A stretch of 64,000 bases of DNA, taken from positions 345,092,001 to 345,156,000 of the forward strand of contig OZ024742.1 in assembly GCA_964016885.1 (NCBI GenBank), in the 5' to 3' direction. The notes below the pieces were generated by a model that saw nothing but the letters and a program-made list of their open reading frames with translations, did no database searches and was not told where the DNA came from. Each line of letters starts with the position of its first letter. Positions within the stretch are counted from its first letter, which is position 1. The position numbers and the translations under genes are program-made. Below, one piece after another: positions 12,526 to 25,086 of this stretch. Source of the DNA: Eledone cirrhosa. Its lineage: Eukaryota.

Positions 12526-13032
12526 GTATGTATGTATGTATGTATGTATATATGTATGTATGTATGTATATGTATGTATGTATATGTACATACATACATA
12601 CATACGTACATACATACATACATATATACATATAATATATATAAACTTTAAAGGTATATACATATAAACTAGACAAAGCCATAGATACATATATATATAT
12701 ATTTTTTTTGGCAACCTTTTACGGTGAGGCTCAATGACGAATTAATTAAATAATTAATAATCAGAGTAATATATAAAAATAAGTCCATTTTTACCTAATT
12801 ATATACGGTTAACTATATGCCTAGTCAATTTCTACAGGCTATCTGAAATACTAGGTAAATTATCTGTAGCTATGAGTCGCGGATAAAAATCTATATCATG
12901 TATCTATTGTTTCTTCATAAGGATATTTTAAACTTATAGCCTCGTTTAAATGATTTTCTGTGTGGTTGATTTATGCTGATTGAGAGAAGAAATACTGTAT
13001 ATATTTTATCTAATGATTCTATGGACTTACTT

Positions 13033-13070
<38 letters not shown>

Positions 13071-13339
13071 TATATAATAATTTCTACAATGTCAGTATTC
13101 CGTGTGTCATAAATCTCGATTATCATTGATTCATAGGTTTCAAACGACTCCGCCCACCTCAACGACGCCAAATTTAAATAAATATGCATAATGCCAATGA
13201 GGGAGTGAGGGGGGGGGGAGTAAGAAACAGAGAGGCAAAGTGAACGCTGTAACTATTACCATGTGTGCGTGCGTATGTACGTGCGCCTATGTTTATGTGT
13301 ATGTGCGTGCAGCGTTCCACAGAAAGTAAAAGCAATTCG

Positions 13340-13760
13340 ACTTAATCTAACAGTGAACTACAGCGGCGACGGCGTGCAGCCAGGGATGAAGATAAACGGG
13401 CCGAACAGCGCCATCGGAACGCCGAAATTCAGAGGCGAAGACGTGCCGCAATGAATGAAGAGGAGCTGGCTGAACAACGCCAGCGAAATACTGGAGCCAA
13501 GCAGCGACGTCGTGCATCGATGGTTGAAGACGAACCGGCTGAGCATAATCTTTTATATTAATTATCTATATCTACATATAATATAAAATATTGGAACTTC
13601 CATCATCCTTTTGAGAAACGTGGAACAACAACGTCTATGCAATGATACACGTTTTACCATCTCCTAGAGGTCACTATTCTAGGTGGGAGCACCTAGAATT
13701 GCTCATATACTATGCACAGACGGTACAACGAAGAATCTGATATATCTAGAAGATTTTTTT
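13340..13760 (+). mobile_element. Internally deleted Helitron remnant
   Basis: Hand translation gives R/E-rich repeats (QRRRRAARDEDKRAEQRHRNAEIQRRRRAAMNEEELAEQRQRN), the Pif1 motif IGTSIILLRNVEQQRLCNDTRF from 13590, and a C-terminal DGTTKNLIY. Confidence 0.7.
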
Positions 13761-13857
13761 ACTGTTATTTGTATCACACAGACACCACGGACTCGCCTCA
13801 TACTGTAACCAGAAAAACATCCAATACAGTCATTTTCTCTTTTACCTGTCGAATATA

Positions 13858-13937
<80 letters not shown>

Positions 13938-13998
13938 TATATATATATATATAAATATATATATATAAATACATAATATTAAAGATACTATTTATAGT

Positions 13999-14046
<48 letters not shown>

Positions 14047-14232
14047 ACTATAAATATACTATATATATATAGTATATAATATACTATAATCAACTATAAA
14101 CAGGGAAGGTCAGTAATTTATTACTACCTTATTACCAGTAACAGAAATAGCTCAATGTAAGAACATCAGTTGTTTTACAGAGCAGTAATATAGATTACAC
14201 AAGTATCAAAGTTATGTTTAAAACATTTAATC

Positions 14233-14277
14233 GCTGAAAATTGTTTCTTCCAAACTTAAGCTTGGACTCCTCGGAGC
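14233..14277 (-). ncRNA. Degenerate hammerhead motif at PLE end
   Basis: Minus strand reads GCT CCGAGGA GTCCAAGC-TTAA-GTTTGGAA GAAA CAATTT TC AGC. The sister copy at about 37104 reads TTTGGAA GAAA TGATTG TC AGC AATAAA. Confidence 0.6.
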
Positions 14278-14917
14278 ATTATCAATGTTTGTACATATAA
14301 TTAACCTCCTATTCAACTGAAGAATCATACAGATACAGATATATTGATGTTGTGGACAACAGTTTCATGTTTACAGGGTCGAATGGATGCGACATATATT
14401 ATACGAGAATTGTACAATAATTCAAATTAAGATTAAAATTAAAATTAAAAACTAAAAATTAAAATTAAAAGCACAGGGTGGAATACATGCGACAGATAAT
14501 ACAAGATAATAGTCCAATAATTAAAGAGATAGTACATGCGTTAGTCATATATAAAGGAATGGAACAAGCAAATGTATTATGCATATATGAGTACTGTATG
14601 GCAAGGTATTACATAAAGTATAAGCACTTTAAGCGAATATGTTAGTGTATTATGGTGGGTGTAATGCGAGGATATTTTCTGTATAGTTCAAATTTGTATG
14701 TGTGTAGAAAGTTACAGATTTCACATCCATTACATATGTTAAGTTATATTTGTATTGAATGTTTGTTATAGTAATGGATTGTAACTTGGTGTTATTGTAT
14801 TCATATTCATGGATTAGGGTTGTTCTACTGCGAGAATTTTCAACGGTTTAATATCCGGAAGTGGATATGGAATTAAGGGGAGCTAATGCGTAAGGGGAGG
14901 TAACTAGCTCATTATAA

Positions 14918-15028
14918 TTGTTTCTACTTTTGGCACAAGGCCAGCAATTATCCAGTGTATTACTGGTACTTTATTGTATCGACCCCGTAAGGATGAAAGG
15001 CAAAGTTAACCTCGGCGGGATTTGAACT
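14918..15028 (-). mobile_element. tRNA-derived SINE family 1, 5'-truncated
   Basis: Matches the 3' part of 21347-21536. Confidence 0.85.
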
Positions 15029-15674
15029 ATTATAATAATTAAATTCCTTGCTCTAATAGACAATTATATAGTGCAACAATTGAATCCCTTATATAAAAAG
15101 TGATATATTTATATTTAATTTTAAATACAGTCTATTCTCTCATAATATAATAAAGGTTTCATTAGATTGTTGTCTACCCAATATTTGGCAATATATGGAA
15201 TAATGTATAGCTGTTTGCATGATAAATTAGATACATCCCTAAGTAAATAAATTAATCCTTTATATACAATGTTATTAATTTATACATTTAATTATAAATT
15301 ATAAATGTATATATAATTCATTGTTCGATATTACATTTGAGTTAGATAAATCCTTTATGTTAATAAATTAATCCTTTATATGCAATGTTATTAATTTATA
15401 CATTTACTTATAAATGTATATATAATTCATTGTTACATTTAACATTTAAAGTTTATATATATTATATTATATTTCAATCACTATATAATTATAAGTAATC
15501 TAAAGTAATTATATTAAAAGGTGGTGACTATAAGAATATTTCTAGAGTATAATGTTAGAGATAAAAATGATTTGTGTAGAGGAAAGGGTGGATCAAAGAG
15601 TGTGATGCAGCGGTGGAAGGCAAGTCTTAGAGGTGAAGTGCTAATGGTGGTGATGAGTTTCAAATCTGACATTG

Positions 15675-16967
15675 TTATATACTAGGTTTAAAGCTATGGA
15701 ATGAGTGTCGGAAGCGATGCTGGCACGATGCAAACACCTCCGATTTTTTATTTAGGAGGTTAACATTCGAAAAGATTATAGTATGGGTCTCTATGAGACA
15801 GAGGTTACAAAATTTATTAGGTGGTTTATACGATGAAGTCCTACCTACTACTTCCCATTGAAGTGTATATGTTCTATTCCTAGTTTTCAGATAGTGTATG
15901 TAGCTAGATAGTGAAGTGGAGTTGGTTAGATTGTGTTTTTTAAAAGAGTGGAGGTGCGAGTTGTATCTCGTCTTGAAGCAGTTCGAAGTAGAGCCTATGT
16001 ATGTTTTCGAAGAGTTGTTAGTGTTGACCCTGCAGGAGTAAATGATGTCTTTGATTAAGCAGTTATTACCGAAAGGGCAAATTCTATTTGATCTACAGTT
16101 ACATTTATTTTGGATGTTATCTTGCCGGTTATTATGTGATGTAGAAATCTTGTTGTTATGATTAGTATTAGGGCTATAATGGTTGTCGTTCCTAATGTTA
16201 TTGATGTCATTAGTGTTATTACTATTATTACTATTGCTGTTAGGGTTTGTAGTTATTATGTTGTTCTGAAAGTTTACCTCCTGCTGTGTTTTAATTTGTT
16301 GAAAATAAGTATTAATCTTTCTTTTATTACTACTAGCTATATGGTATGCTATATTAGGTGTGATACAGTAAGAGATTTTAATGGTGTTTTTATTCATAAG
16401 ATTATGGTATTTGTGGCCAGATGGGAAGTTTTTTTCTAGGATTGAGTACGGGTGGCTATTATTCTTCTTATTATTTTTCCTCATGGCCATATTGTGAGAA
16501 ATAATGCTGTAACTATGTGATTTTATAGGTAAGAATTCAATCCCATTATTATGGCCTGATTTAGCTACTGGCTGATTATAGTATTGTGAATTATTGTTAA
16601 ATATGATTTCGTTATAAGATAGATTAGAGATTCTATTAGATATTCCTTTAGTGATTGAGTTTAATATGGATTTAGGGTGGTTAGACTTGGTATGTACATA
16701 AATTAGTTTTTCGTTAGGTTTATGAAAGGGTGTATATATTTTAGAGTCTAGGTAAAGGATAGCATCAAGGAAGTTAACATTTTTAGTGTTTTTGTCTAAG
16801 GTGATACTTAAGTTAACATTTTTGAAAATTTTATGTAATAGTTTCCTAGTTCTTTCTATATTAAATTGTTTATAGTCTATAAGGAGTAGTGCATCATCGC
16901 GGTATAAATCACCATTGAGGTATGGTAGGTCCTTATGAATTTCATTTAGTAGATATAGGCCCACCAA
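15675..16967 (-). pseudogene. PLE RT C-terminal half plus GIY-YIG endonuclease
   Basis: Motifs LYRDD, NFLD, SNHP, CNC..CP..C, IIY...TYIGSTSNCFKTR and CNLC. Confidence 0.9.
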
Positions 16968-17103
16968 ATACTATAATCAGGCATTAGCTAAATCAGGCCA
17001 TATTAATGGGATTGAATTCCTACCTATAAAATCACATAGTTACAGCATTATTTCTCACAATATGGCCATGAGGAAAAATAATAAGAAGAATAATAGCCAC
17101 CCT

Positions 17104-17312
17104 TACTGATTTTAGGCAATCACTATTGCGTAATCTCTTTAGAATATTTACCCGTTCATCAATACACAGTCCACAAGACGGATTGCCCCTTGCGTATGGC
17201 TTGGACTTAGTTATGGGTTTCCATTGGATGGAGTAGTCTATACTTGAGTCCTTGAGGGACCATACGTGGCTCGCGATTTTCGTGGATGATCGTTTGTCTG
17301 GGTACCTAAAGG
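17104..17312 (-). pseudogene. GIY-YIG C-terminal fragment of another PLE
   Basis: STKIASHVWSLKD..YSIQWK..SKPY..CGLCIDE, homologous to the other PLE C-termini in this window. Confidence 0.75.
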
Positions 17313-17324
17313 TCACCAGTCGAC

Positions 17325-17930
17325 AAAAAAGAAAATTTCGCTCTACATGGTTGAATACAATAAATGTAATCTGAATTTTTCGAATATTAATAATAACATT
17401 CGATTCGTTTGCAATTTTGCAAACAAGCCTCAATTTTATAGCCATGTCAGTAGAATGAACATTTCATTCTTGCTCTTGTGTTGGCATGCGAACAGAACTG
17501 CAGACACTAATGTTTCTGGGTATCACCCTTCATCAGTACAGCTCACTGTTCACCTGCCAAACTGTCAGAGCTAGTGAAAATATATGCTATTTTCAAAAAT
17601 ACACAGTGACTGATCAGCCTGATTTGCATATTAGCACACTGGCTGATCAGTCAGATCAGCATATTAGCAGATCCACTGATCAGCCAGATTTGCATATCAG
17701 CAGACTGGCCAGTCAGTTTCCTGTATACGAGCGATAAATGGCCGGCTTTGCCAAATTCAAATAAAAAAGAAAATTTCGCTCTACATGGCTGAATACAATA
17801 AATGTAATCTGAGTTTTTCGAATATTAATAATAACATTCGATTCGTTTGCAATTTTGCAAACAAGCCTCAATTTTATAGCCATGTCAGTATTGAATGTTA
17901 TTATTAATATTCGAAAAACTCAGATTACAT
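17325..17930. repeat. Non-coding unit with ~125-bp direct terminal repeats (period about 438) and terminal inversion
   Basis: 17325-17451 recurs at 17763-17890; about 17892-17930 is inverted; internal CTGATCAG/ATTTGCAT subrepeats. Confidence 0.75.
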
Positions 17931-17951
17931 ACATATATATATGTGTGCGTG

Positions 17952-18047
<96 letters not shown>

Positions 18048-18554
18048 TGTGTGTGTGTGTGTTTACATATCCGCGTGTGTGTGAGCGCATACGTACGTAT
18101 ACTCGTCTTTTGGTAAACTGAGAAAGAAATGTCGAAAACAATTTTCCACAGGTAATAGGTACTTCCCACGTTACCAGCCCCAGTACTTGTTTATCCTATC
18201 AATAACCATTATTTTCAGAGTCTCATTTCTCTGGCAAGTGATTTGACCTGCGTCCGAGTTGAGACTAATGTAATTATTCCGTGGAAGAATCACATTAGAT
18301 ATTTACAAGCACACAAAAAATTACACTAAATGTACATTTATTGTCTGGAAATAAATGTCAAATATAATTTGAAGTTAGATTAGAAGTTTTTGTGAGTTTG
18401 CGAATAGCCAAGATGACTCTTCAGCAATTGCTACACAATGGGAAGTGGGAATTATCTTAATACTCTGCATGTTTGTGATTTAATTATGTGAACAGTTTTA
18501 CTATTAAGTAATCTTTTTTATTTCTCAATACCTGATAACATACCTGTGATCTGC

Positions 18555-18599
<45 letters not shown>

Positions 18600-18618
18600 A
18601 ATATTGAGAAATTATTTG

Positions 18619-19342
18619 GAAATTAGCGAAAAACAAATTCCGAGATGTGTGGCAAGCGCCACACATCTCGGAAGTTGTTTTTCGCTAATTTCCAAAGCCG
18701 AAATACGATTCTCGCTAATTTATATTTGTATTAATCTCCAGAGTCTAGCTATTGACCAGTTAATTTTCTTGATTTTTTTAGTTGATTCTATTAACTGATG
18801 AATAGATCTTGTCAACTTTAAAACCATTCTGTTGAGAACTTAATTCGTTTTGTGATATTTTGCAATCTTGCAATAATATACACATACTGAATTCATCCGC
18901 CAAAAATAAGGGTTGCCTCCCTTGTCGAGCCCCACGTGGGTATTGGTAACGGTCAATCCTTGGCCTGGCACTTGAACTAAAAGCCTGTTGAGAAAGTGAC
19001 TTTCTTGTTCAATCATCTCACCAGAAGCCTAACATTATTTGTCTAAGCGGACAGTACTTGATTTAGGAGTCACAGAAACCCAAATGCTGGATTTTTACCA
19101 ACCATCCAGGGGTCCGGGTAAATGTTTCAATCATATTTTTTTATTTGTTTGACCTGAATTACTTGGTCGTTTCTATGGCTGTGCGGAAAATGGTTTAACC
19201 ATCGTCTCAGTGTGTTTGGCCTTTCAACGTATGTTGTAGCTCTGGTTCGTTAGAATTATTGTGCGCTTGCCACACATCTCGGAAGTTGTTTTTCGCTAAT
19301 TTCCAAAGCCAAAATACGATTCTCGCTAATTTATATTTGTAT
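18619..19342. repeat. Unit with hairpin start and ~75-bp direct terminal repeat (period about 610)
   Basis: Hairpin at 18619-18693; GCCACACATCTCGGAAG...ATTTGTAT occurs at about 18658 and 19268. Confidence 0.7.
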
Positions 19343-19431
19343 ATATATATAGTTGTGTATAGTGATAGCTATGGTGCTTCCATAGGCAGTATGCAAAATT
19401 AGCACTCGATATTCATCAGAGTAGAGCATAG

Positions 19432-19750
19432 ATATTATAAAGAAAACGAAAAATCAGTGATGCATCTGGACTTAGTTTATTTCGTGTTACAAATGTTTCG
19501 CCGGCATGTACCTCGAATCATGGTCCTTGTATGGATCTTGCTGATTCTACTTCTGTGGGTTCATTCAGACACGGGTGTTTCGTCCGGAGCAAATTTTATT
19601 AAAACACCCGTGTCTGAATGAACCCACAGAAGTAGAATCAGCAAGATCCATACAAGGATCATGACTCGAGGTACATGCCGGCGAAACATTTGTAACACGA
19701 AATAAACTAAGTCCAGATGCATCACTGATTTTTCGTTTTCTTTATAATAT
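19432..19750. repeat. Fold-back palindrome, arms about 148 bp
   Basis: 19432-19580 is inverted at about 19601-19750; contains GGAC GAAA CAC-CC-GTG TC (3' half of an HHR) on the minus strand. Confidence 0.88.
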
Positions 19751-19764
19751 ATATATATACTGTG

Positions 19765-19835
<71 letters not shown>

Positions 19836-19930
19836 GTGTGTGTGTAAAAGGTAAACAGAAATAACACCACAATCGGTACAGTATATGGAAGGAATATATT
19901 AGGTTAACGCTTGAAATATAAGGAAGAGGG

Positions 19931-19966
19931 TCTTAACGTTTCGGACGCCAGTCCTCCATCAGAAGA
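19931..19966 (-). ncRNA. Variant minimal hammerhead motif
   Basis: Minus strand reads TCTT CTGATGGA GGAC-TGGC-GTCC GAAA CG TT AAGA; palindromic AACGTT; one extra core nucleotide. Confidence 0.6.
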
Positions 19967-19976
19967 AAGAATGAGA

Positions 19977-20027
<51 letters not shown>

Positions 20028-20699
20028 TGTGTATGTATGTAGATCCCGAGTTAAATCGGGCATAAACTCAGTTAAAAAGCAACTCAATATATTAGTAGAG
20101 GGTAAACATCATTATTTAATATAGAAATCCCCGCTGGGTTAAACCCCCACCTATTGCTGGTACTCGCATTCAACTGAATATACGGGAGCCAGGTCAAATG
20201 AAGTGTTTTGCTCAAGAACACAAACAATGCAGGCCATGAATCAAACCAAAGACATTATGATCGTAAGTCCAACAACCTAACCACAAAGCCATGACCTGTC
20301 ACATATTGCTATTTATAAATTAAAAGGATAAGGATAAATATCCCTTATCGCCTTGTGGAGTCGTAGATGTACCGTTATACGGCGTGTCTAGGGTGCTTTT
20401 TAAACCTGGTGGAGCCAAACACTTTTCAGCTCTGAACACAGCTGATTTTTTCTAGAGAGGAAGAATCAACGCCAGTACTGGACTGGTACTTTTTTTATTG
20501 ACCCCGAAAAGATGAAAGGCAATGTTGACCCCGTCAGTATTTGAATTCATAGCACGTAAAGCATTCTAAACGACGTCTTAACGACTCTGCCAATTCGCCG
20601 CTTATATATATAAATTGTGTGTGACAGCTCACAACTATGCAGGTTTAGCTGGCCTCCTCCAAAAAATATCTCAGTGGAGGTGTCTTGGGTAATTTAATG

Positions 20700-20860
20700 A
20701 TAGTGACCCCAGTCCTATCATCTCATTTCTACAGCTGAGTAAACTGGAGCAACGTGAAATAAATGTCTTGCTCAAGGAGCAACACATCACCCGGTCCGAT
20801 AATTGAACTCACACCTCTCGATTGCAAGCCCAATGATCTAATCACTAAGCCGTGCACCTT
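20700..20860 (-). mobile_element. tRNA-derived SINE family 2 (diverged relatives about 20150-20295 and 48045-48175)
   Basis: Minus-strand GGCTTAGTGATTAGA A-box-like and GAGTTCAATT B-box-like motifs; shared CTTGAGCAAGACA body. Confidence 0.6.
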
Positions 20861-21346
20861 TAATTCGGTTTTTAAATTACCCACCTTTAATTTCCTTTTT
20901 TACCGTTTCCGTCACCACACCCCACACGCATCCTCTAATATAATGCAAGTAACATTTTTAATATTCTTCTTGGTTCAATGCTATTTATTTACAAATTATT
21001 AAATATGTTATATGCCTAACATTATCTGTATGAGTACCCTTACGGTGCAGCAAGTCGATATTTTGTATATCGATATAAATTCATTTGTATAATTTCACTC
21101 CGAATTATTCAATATGTCGGTAGAGATGTTTTGCGTCTTGTGAATGAGCTAATTATTGCAGCCACTTCCCATCCACTTTCTAGCCTAACAGAGTCCAGTA
21201 GTGTCATAATTATTGTCACAGCCGCCATAACAAATAGTGACCTTTCGTCTAGACTCATGCGTAATTATAGACATATCTTGTTTAATTAATAAGATCACTT
21301 AATGATAAAGATAGGCTCCTTAACATTAATAATTATCTTTTAACAA

Positions 21347-21536
21347 TTGTTTCTACTTTTGGCACAAGGCCAGCAATTACTCCAGTGTATTACTGGTACT
21401 TTATTTTATCGACCCCGTAAGGATAAAAGGCAAAGTTAACCTCGGCGGGATTTGAACTCAGACTGTAAAGAACCGTAACTCTATGCTGCAAAGCATGGCG
21501 TCCGACGCTCTACCTATACTGCCAATCCACCGCCCT
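21347..21536 (-). mobile_element. tRNA-derived SINE family 1, full length
   Basis: A box TGGCAGTATAGG, B box GAGTTCAAATCC, central GCCTTT.ATCCTTACGGGGTCGATAAAATAAAGTACCAG; multiple copies in the window. Confidence 0.88.
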
Positions 21537-21627
21537 CAACTGGTACTTTAATAATGGCAATTGTTCTGTTTCCTCAATACCAGAAACAACGAATCGGTAT
21601 ATTGTATATCGAAATGACTAACATTTG

Positions 21628-21670
<43 letters not shown>

Positions 21671-22174
21671 ATCTATGTGTGTGCGTGCGCGCGCGCGTGT
21701 GTGCGTGTGTTTGTGTGTAGTATAAAGGGCTACATTTATATATGTATTTATACATGCATATACACATACATACAGTCATACAGGCATGATGGCTGAAAGT
21801 CGATTTCAAGTAATGACTACGCTTGATACTTAAGCGTGAGTATCACGGTCGTGGCTTTATAGTCCTTCTAGGGACTTGCCTCTGGCCAGCAATACCATGC
21901 ATCACAAAAAAATGTCACATATCAAGCGATGCCTGTGCTTGAAGCGTTTTAAATGAGGAAAATATGTGCACGGAACCAATCCCACACTCTGAACATCGAA
22001 CGCATTTCTCCCCAAAAGAACTGTTCTACATCATTGGATGCAAACGAAGTCGCAGGTTTTATATCAGAGTGATCTTCTCCTTAATGAAGACTAGGATCTT
22101 TTGCCCCACAAAAAAAACATACATACATACACACATACATACATACATACATACATACATACATACATACATAC

Positions 22175-22205
<31 letters not shown>

Positions 22206-22230
22206 CATACATACATACATACATACATAC

Positions 22231-23409
22231 CTCAAAGCGTAGGAGCCTGTCTCTCGAGCAAGTTTATCTGCATGAAACAGATAAGATCATGAGAGTTGGG
22301 AAGGAACTCCTCGAGAGGTATTCCCTGTATGATAATAAAAAGCTCACATCCAGGGATGTCGCTCAGCAGTATTGCAGTGAATCCAGGGATGAAAAACTGC
22401 ATGCTTATCAGCAAAAAATCATGCATGGATACGTTGCCAGGAAGCTCCAGAGGGAGAGCAATCTAGATAAAAAAAGTAATCTATCTTGGACCAACAACCG
22501 CTATATTGGCTCCCACTTTAAAGGATACGCTTTTGCAATCCAAGAACAGGAAATCAACACGAAATACCTGATTCACAAAAGAGATAGGGATGCAGAAAAA
22601 ACACCTAGATGTGATAACAAGTGCAGGCTCTGCAAAATTAACATCGAAGATGTCACCCATGTCATAAACAGCTGTCCAGAGACGTCATCGCGGTACTATC
22701 TACCTATGAGGCATGATGTAGTGGCCAAAACACTGTACAATGCAGTTCGTAAAAAGGATAGACCCGATAATAAACACATTAAAAGCTACAGCAATGTGGA
22801 AGACATACATATACATAATATGAAAAAGTACTGTTGGAATGTTCCAATAAAAACCCCAATAAAATGCAGGCATAACAGACCAGATATTATGATATGGGAC
22901 AGGGAAAAGAAGGCATGTACAGTAGTGGAAGTTAGCTGTCCAGCAGATGCCAATATAATATCAAAGATTAGCGAAAAGGAGAATATTTATGCAGAACTGA
23001 TGAGAAATCTGCAGATACTCCACCCTGACTATACCTTCAGATTTATGCCTGTGATTATTGGAGAACTGGGGTATGTTAGCAACTGCTTCACAGGAACAGA
23101 AAGAACACAACTAGTTAAAAAATTGTAAGTACAATCCATTAATGGAACAGTCAAAATATGTAAAACATTCCAAAGATTTTGCCTCTAATAACTGCATATA
23201 CACATGTACAGATAATAAGCATATACACATGCATACATACAATTCAAAACATACAGATCCACCCATACAATAACATCCAAATCTACACATGCATGCATAC
23301 ATATCTACCGAGTTGATGTGTAAATTCCAATGAGAGAGTCTTGTGTCTATGTTAGAAACCGACTCTCTCTCTATTGGCAAAAATTTGTAAAATTATAAAA
23401 CCAGAAGAA
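22231..23409 (+). mobile_element. R4/Dong-like RLE non-LTR retrotransposon family A, 5'-truncated
   Basis: AIQEQE, CCHC knuckle CRLC..EDVTHVINSC, RHD, and RPDIMIWD...VVEVSCP restriction-like endonuclease; (CATA)n on both sides. Confidence 0.88.
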
Positions 23410-23423
23410 CATACATACATACA

Positions 23424-23556
23424 TGGTGGCTGCCAACTTGTTTTCGAGTACGGCCACTACTTTATATCCATGTAGGAGAACTCCTACCGATGCGCTGAAC
23501 GAGTGTGACTTTTTAGTCCCGCTAGGGACTTGAAATCTCTGGTACAAACACTACAC
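23424..23556 (-). mobile_element. 3' fragment of RTE-related non-autonomous element
   Basis: Reverse complement of the last ~130 bp of 30768-31376. Confidence 0.8.
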
Positions 23557-23799
23557 ACATGATGTCTGCAATCGCTTCTCAGATTATAGAATTTAGTGCA
23601 TTTTTATGTTATGGACAGCCACACGAACCTGTAACTTATCCTGAACAAGTAATGCCTGTGCTTTGAGGGTTTTTTAAGTGGGGAAAAGCCTTGCACTCGA
23701 ATATACATACTTACATCCATCCATCCATCCATCCATCCATACATACATACATACATACATACATACATACATACATACATACATACATACATACATACA

Positions 23800-25045
23800 T
23801 AAAATATGGTCATCAGAACTGTCAGCGTACAACAAATACATTGCCTACAATACTGTGCCAATTCTAACGCCAACATTTGGCCTGCTGAACTGATCATTGC
23901 AAGAACTAAGTGAGATAAATGGTGATGTGGATAGGCTATACTTCTCACGCAAGGAAGATGTCCGGGGTCTAAAATCCATATTAACATCATATGAGACCCG
24001 GATAGTAACACTGAAGCAACATCTTCAACAGAGGAAAAAGGTTGGCAACCATCTTGCCCAGGTTTATGAGCATGAAAAAAAAAATCATTAGGATCTGGAG
24101 GAGAGATATGGAATAAAACCTGATATAAATCTCTCACCCAGAGAAATCGGAAGATCCTATTCAATGTTCAAACAAGATAAAAAATTGACCAATTTACAGA
24201 AAAAGTTGTGCATGGATAATTGAGACGTAAAACACAAACAATAGAGAGGATAAACAACTCAAAAAGCCTGGCATGGAGTTCCGACAAGTTTATGACATCA
24301 CACATTGAGGCATATCTCTATGCAATACAGGAACAAGAACTCCCTACCAAATATCTGCACAAAAGAGGAGGGCCATCAACTGACAATAAATGTAGGCTAT
24401 GTAAAACAAAGATCGAAGATGTAAGGCACATTGTTGCCAGCTGCGAAAGAATGTCATCTCGCTACTACCTCCCCATGAGACACGATGGGATAGCTAGAAC
24501 CATCTGGAACGCACTTCGGAAAACAAAATTAACAACAAACGAGGAATAATATATTGAGAGAGATGGCACTAAGGAATACTAGTGGAACCTGAAAATATAA
24601 ACTACCACCAAATTAAAGCACAACCAGCCTGATATTGTTGTTTGGGACCACACATTGAAAACGTGTTCTGTTGTGGAGATCAGCTGCCCACTTGATGTAA
24701 ACGTTGTCAGAAAAATACAGGAGAAGGAGGACATCTACGGACCATTGATGAGGAGTTTAGAAATCCAGTATCCAAGATACACCTTTAGCTTCATACCCAT
24801 CATTATTGGAGCTAGGTGTTATATACCAACCCGCTTGGACCAAAGTATGACTGAACTTGGATTTGCGGACAAAGAGCGCAGCTCCGTAAATCATAGTCTA
24901 CAAATGGCTGCGATAGCTGGCACCTTCAAAATTTACAAAACATTCTTGCGTTTCAAGGGGATGTCAATTTCTTTTCTTTTACAACCTTGCCACCAGGAAG
25001 GTGGCCGGTCAAAAAATATAGTCGTAATTAAGAGAAAGAGATAAC
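23800..25045 (+). mobile_element. R4/Dong-like RLE LINE family B, 5'-truncated and decayed
   Basis: DRLYFSRKE..RGL, AIQEQE, CRLC..HIVASC, RHD, VVEISCP; (CATA)n flanks. Confidence 0.85.
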
Positions 25046-25086
25046 ATACATGCATGCATACATAGATACATACATACATACATACA

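Larger units (their letters stand above)
14097..16967 (-). mobile_element. Penelope-like element, 5'-truncated, with long AT-rich 3' region
   Basis: ORF 15675-16967; HHR-like motif at 14233-14277; the terminal part recurs at about 37104-37260. Confidence 0.85.

Noticed and set aside
21236-21262. Minus-strand GCATGA GTCTAGAC GAAA GGTC resembling an HHR
   Set aside because: Core lacks CUGA, loop II is only 2 nt and there is no convincing stem I.
21347-21536. tRNA gene
   Set aside because: A and B boxes are present but no cloverleaf was evident; multi-copy SINE body and tail.
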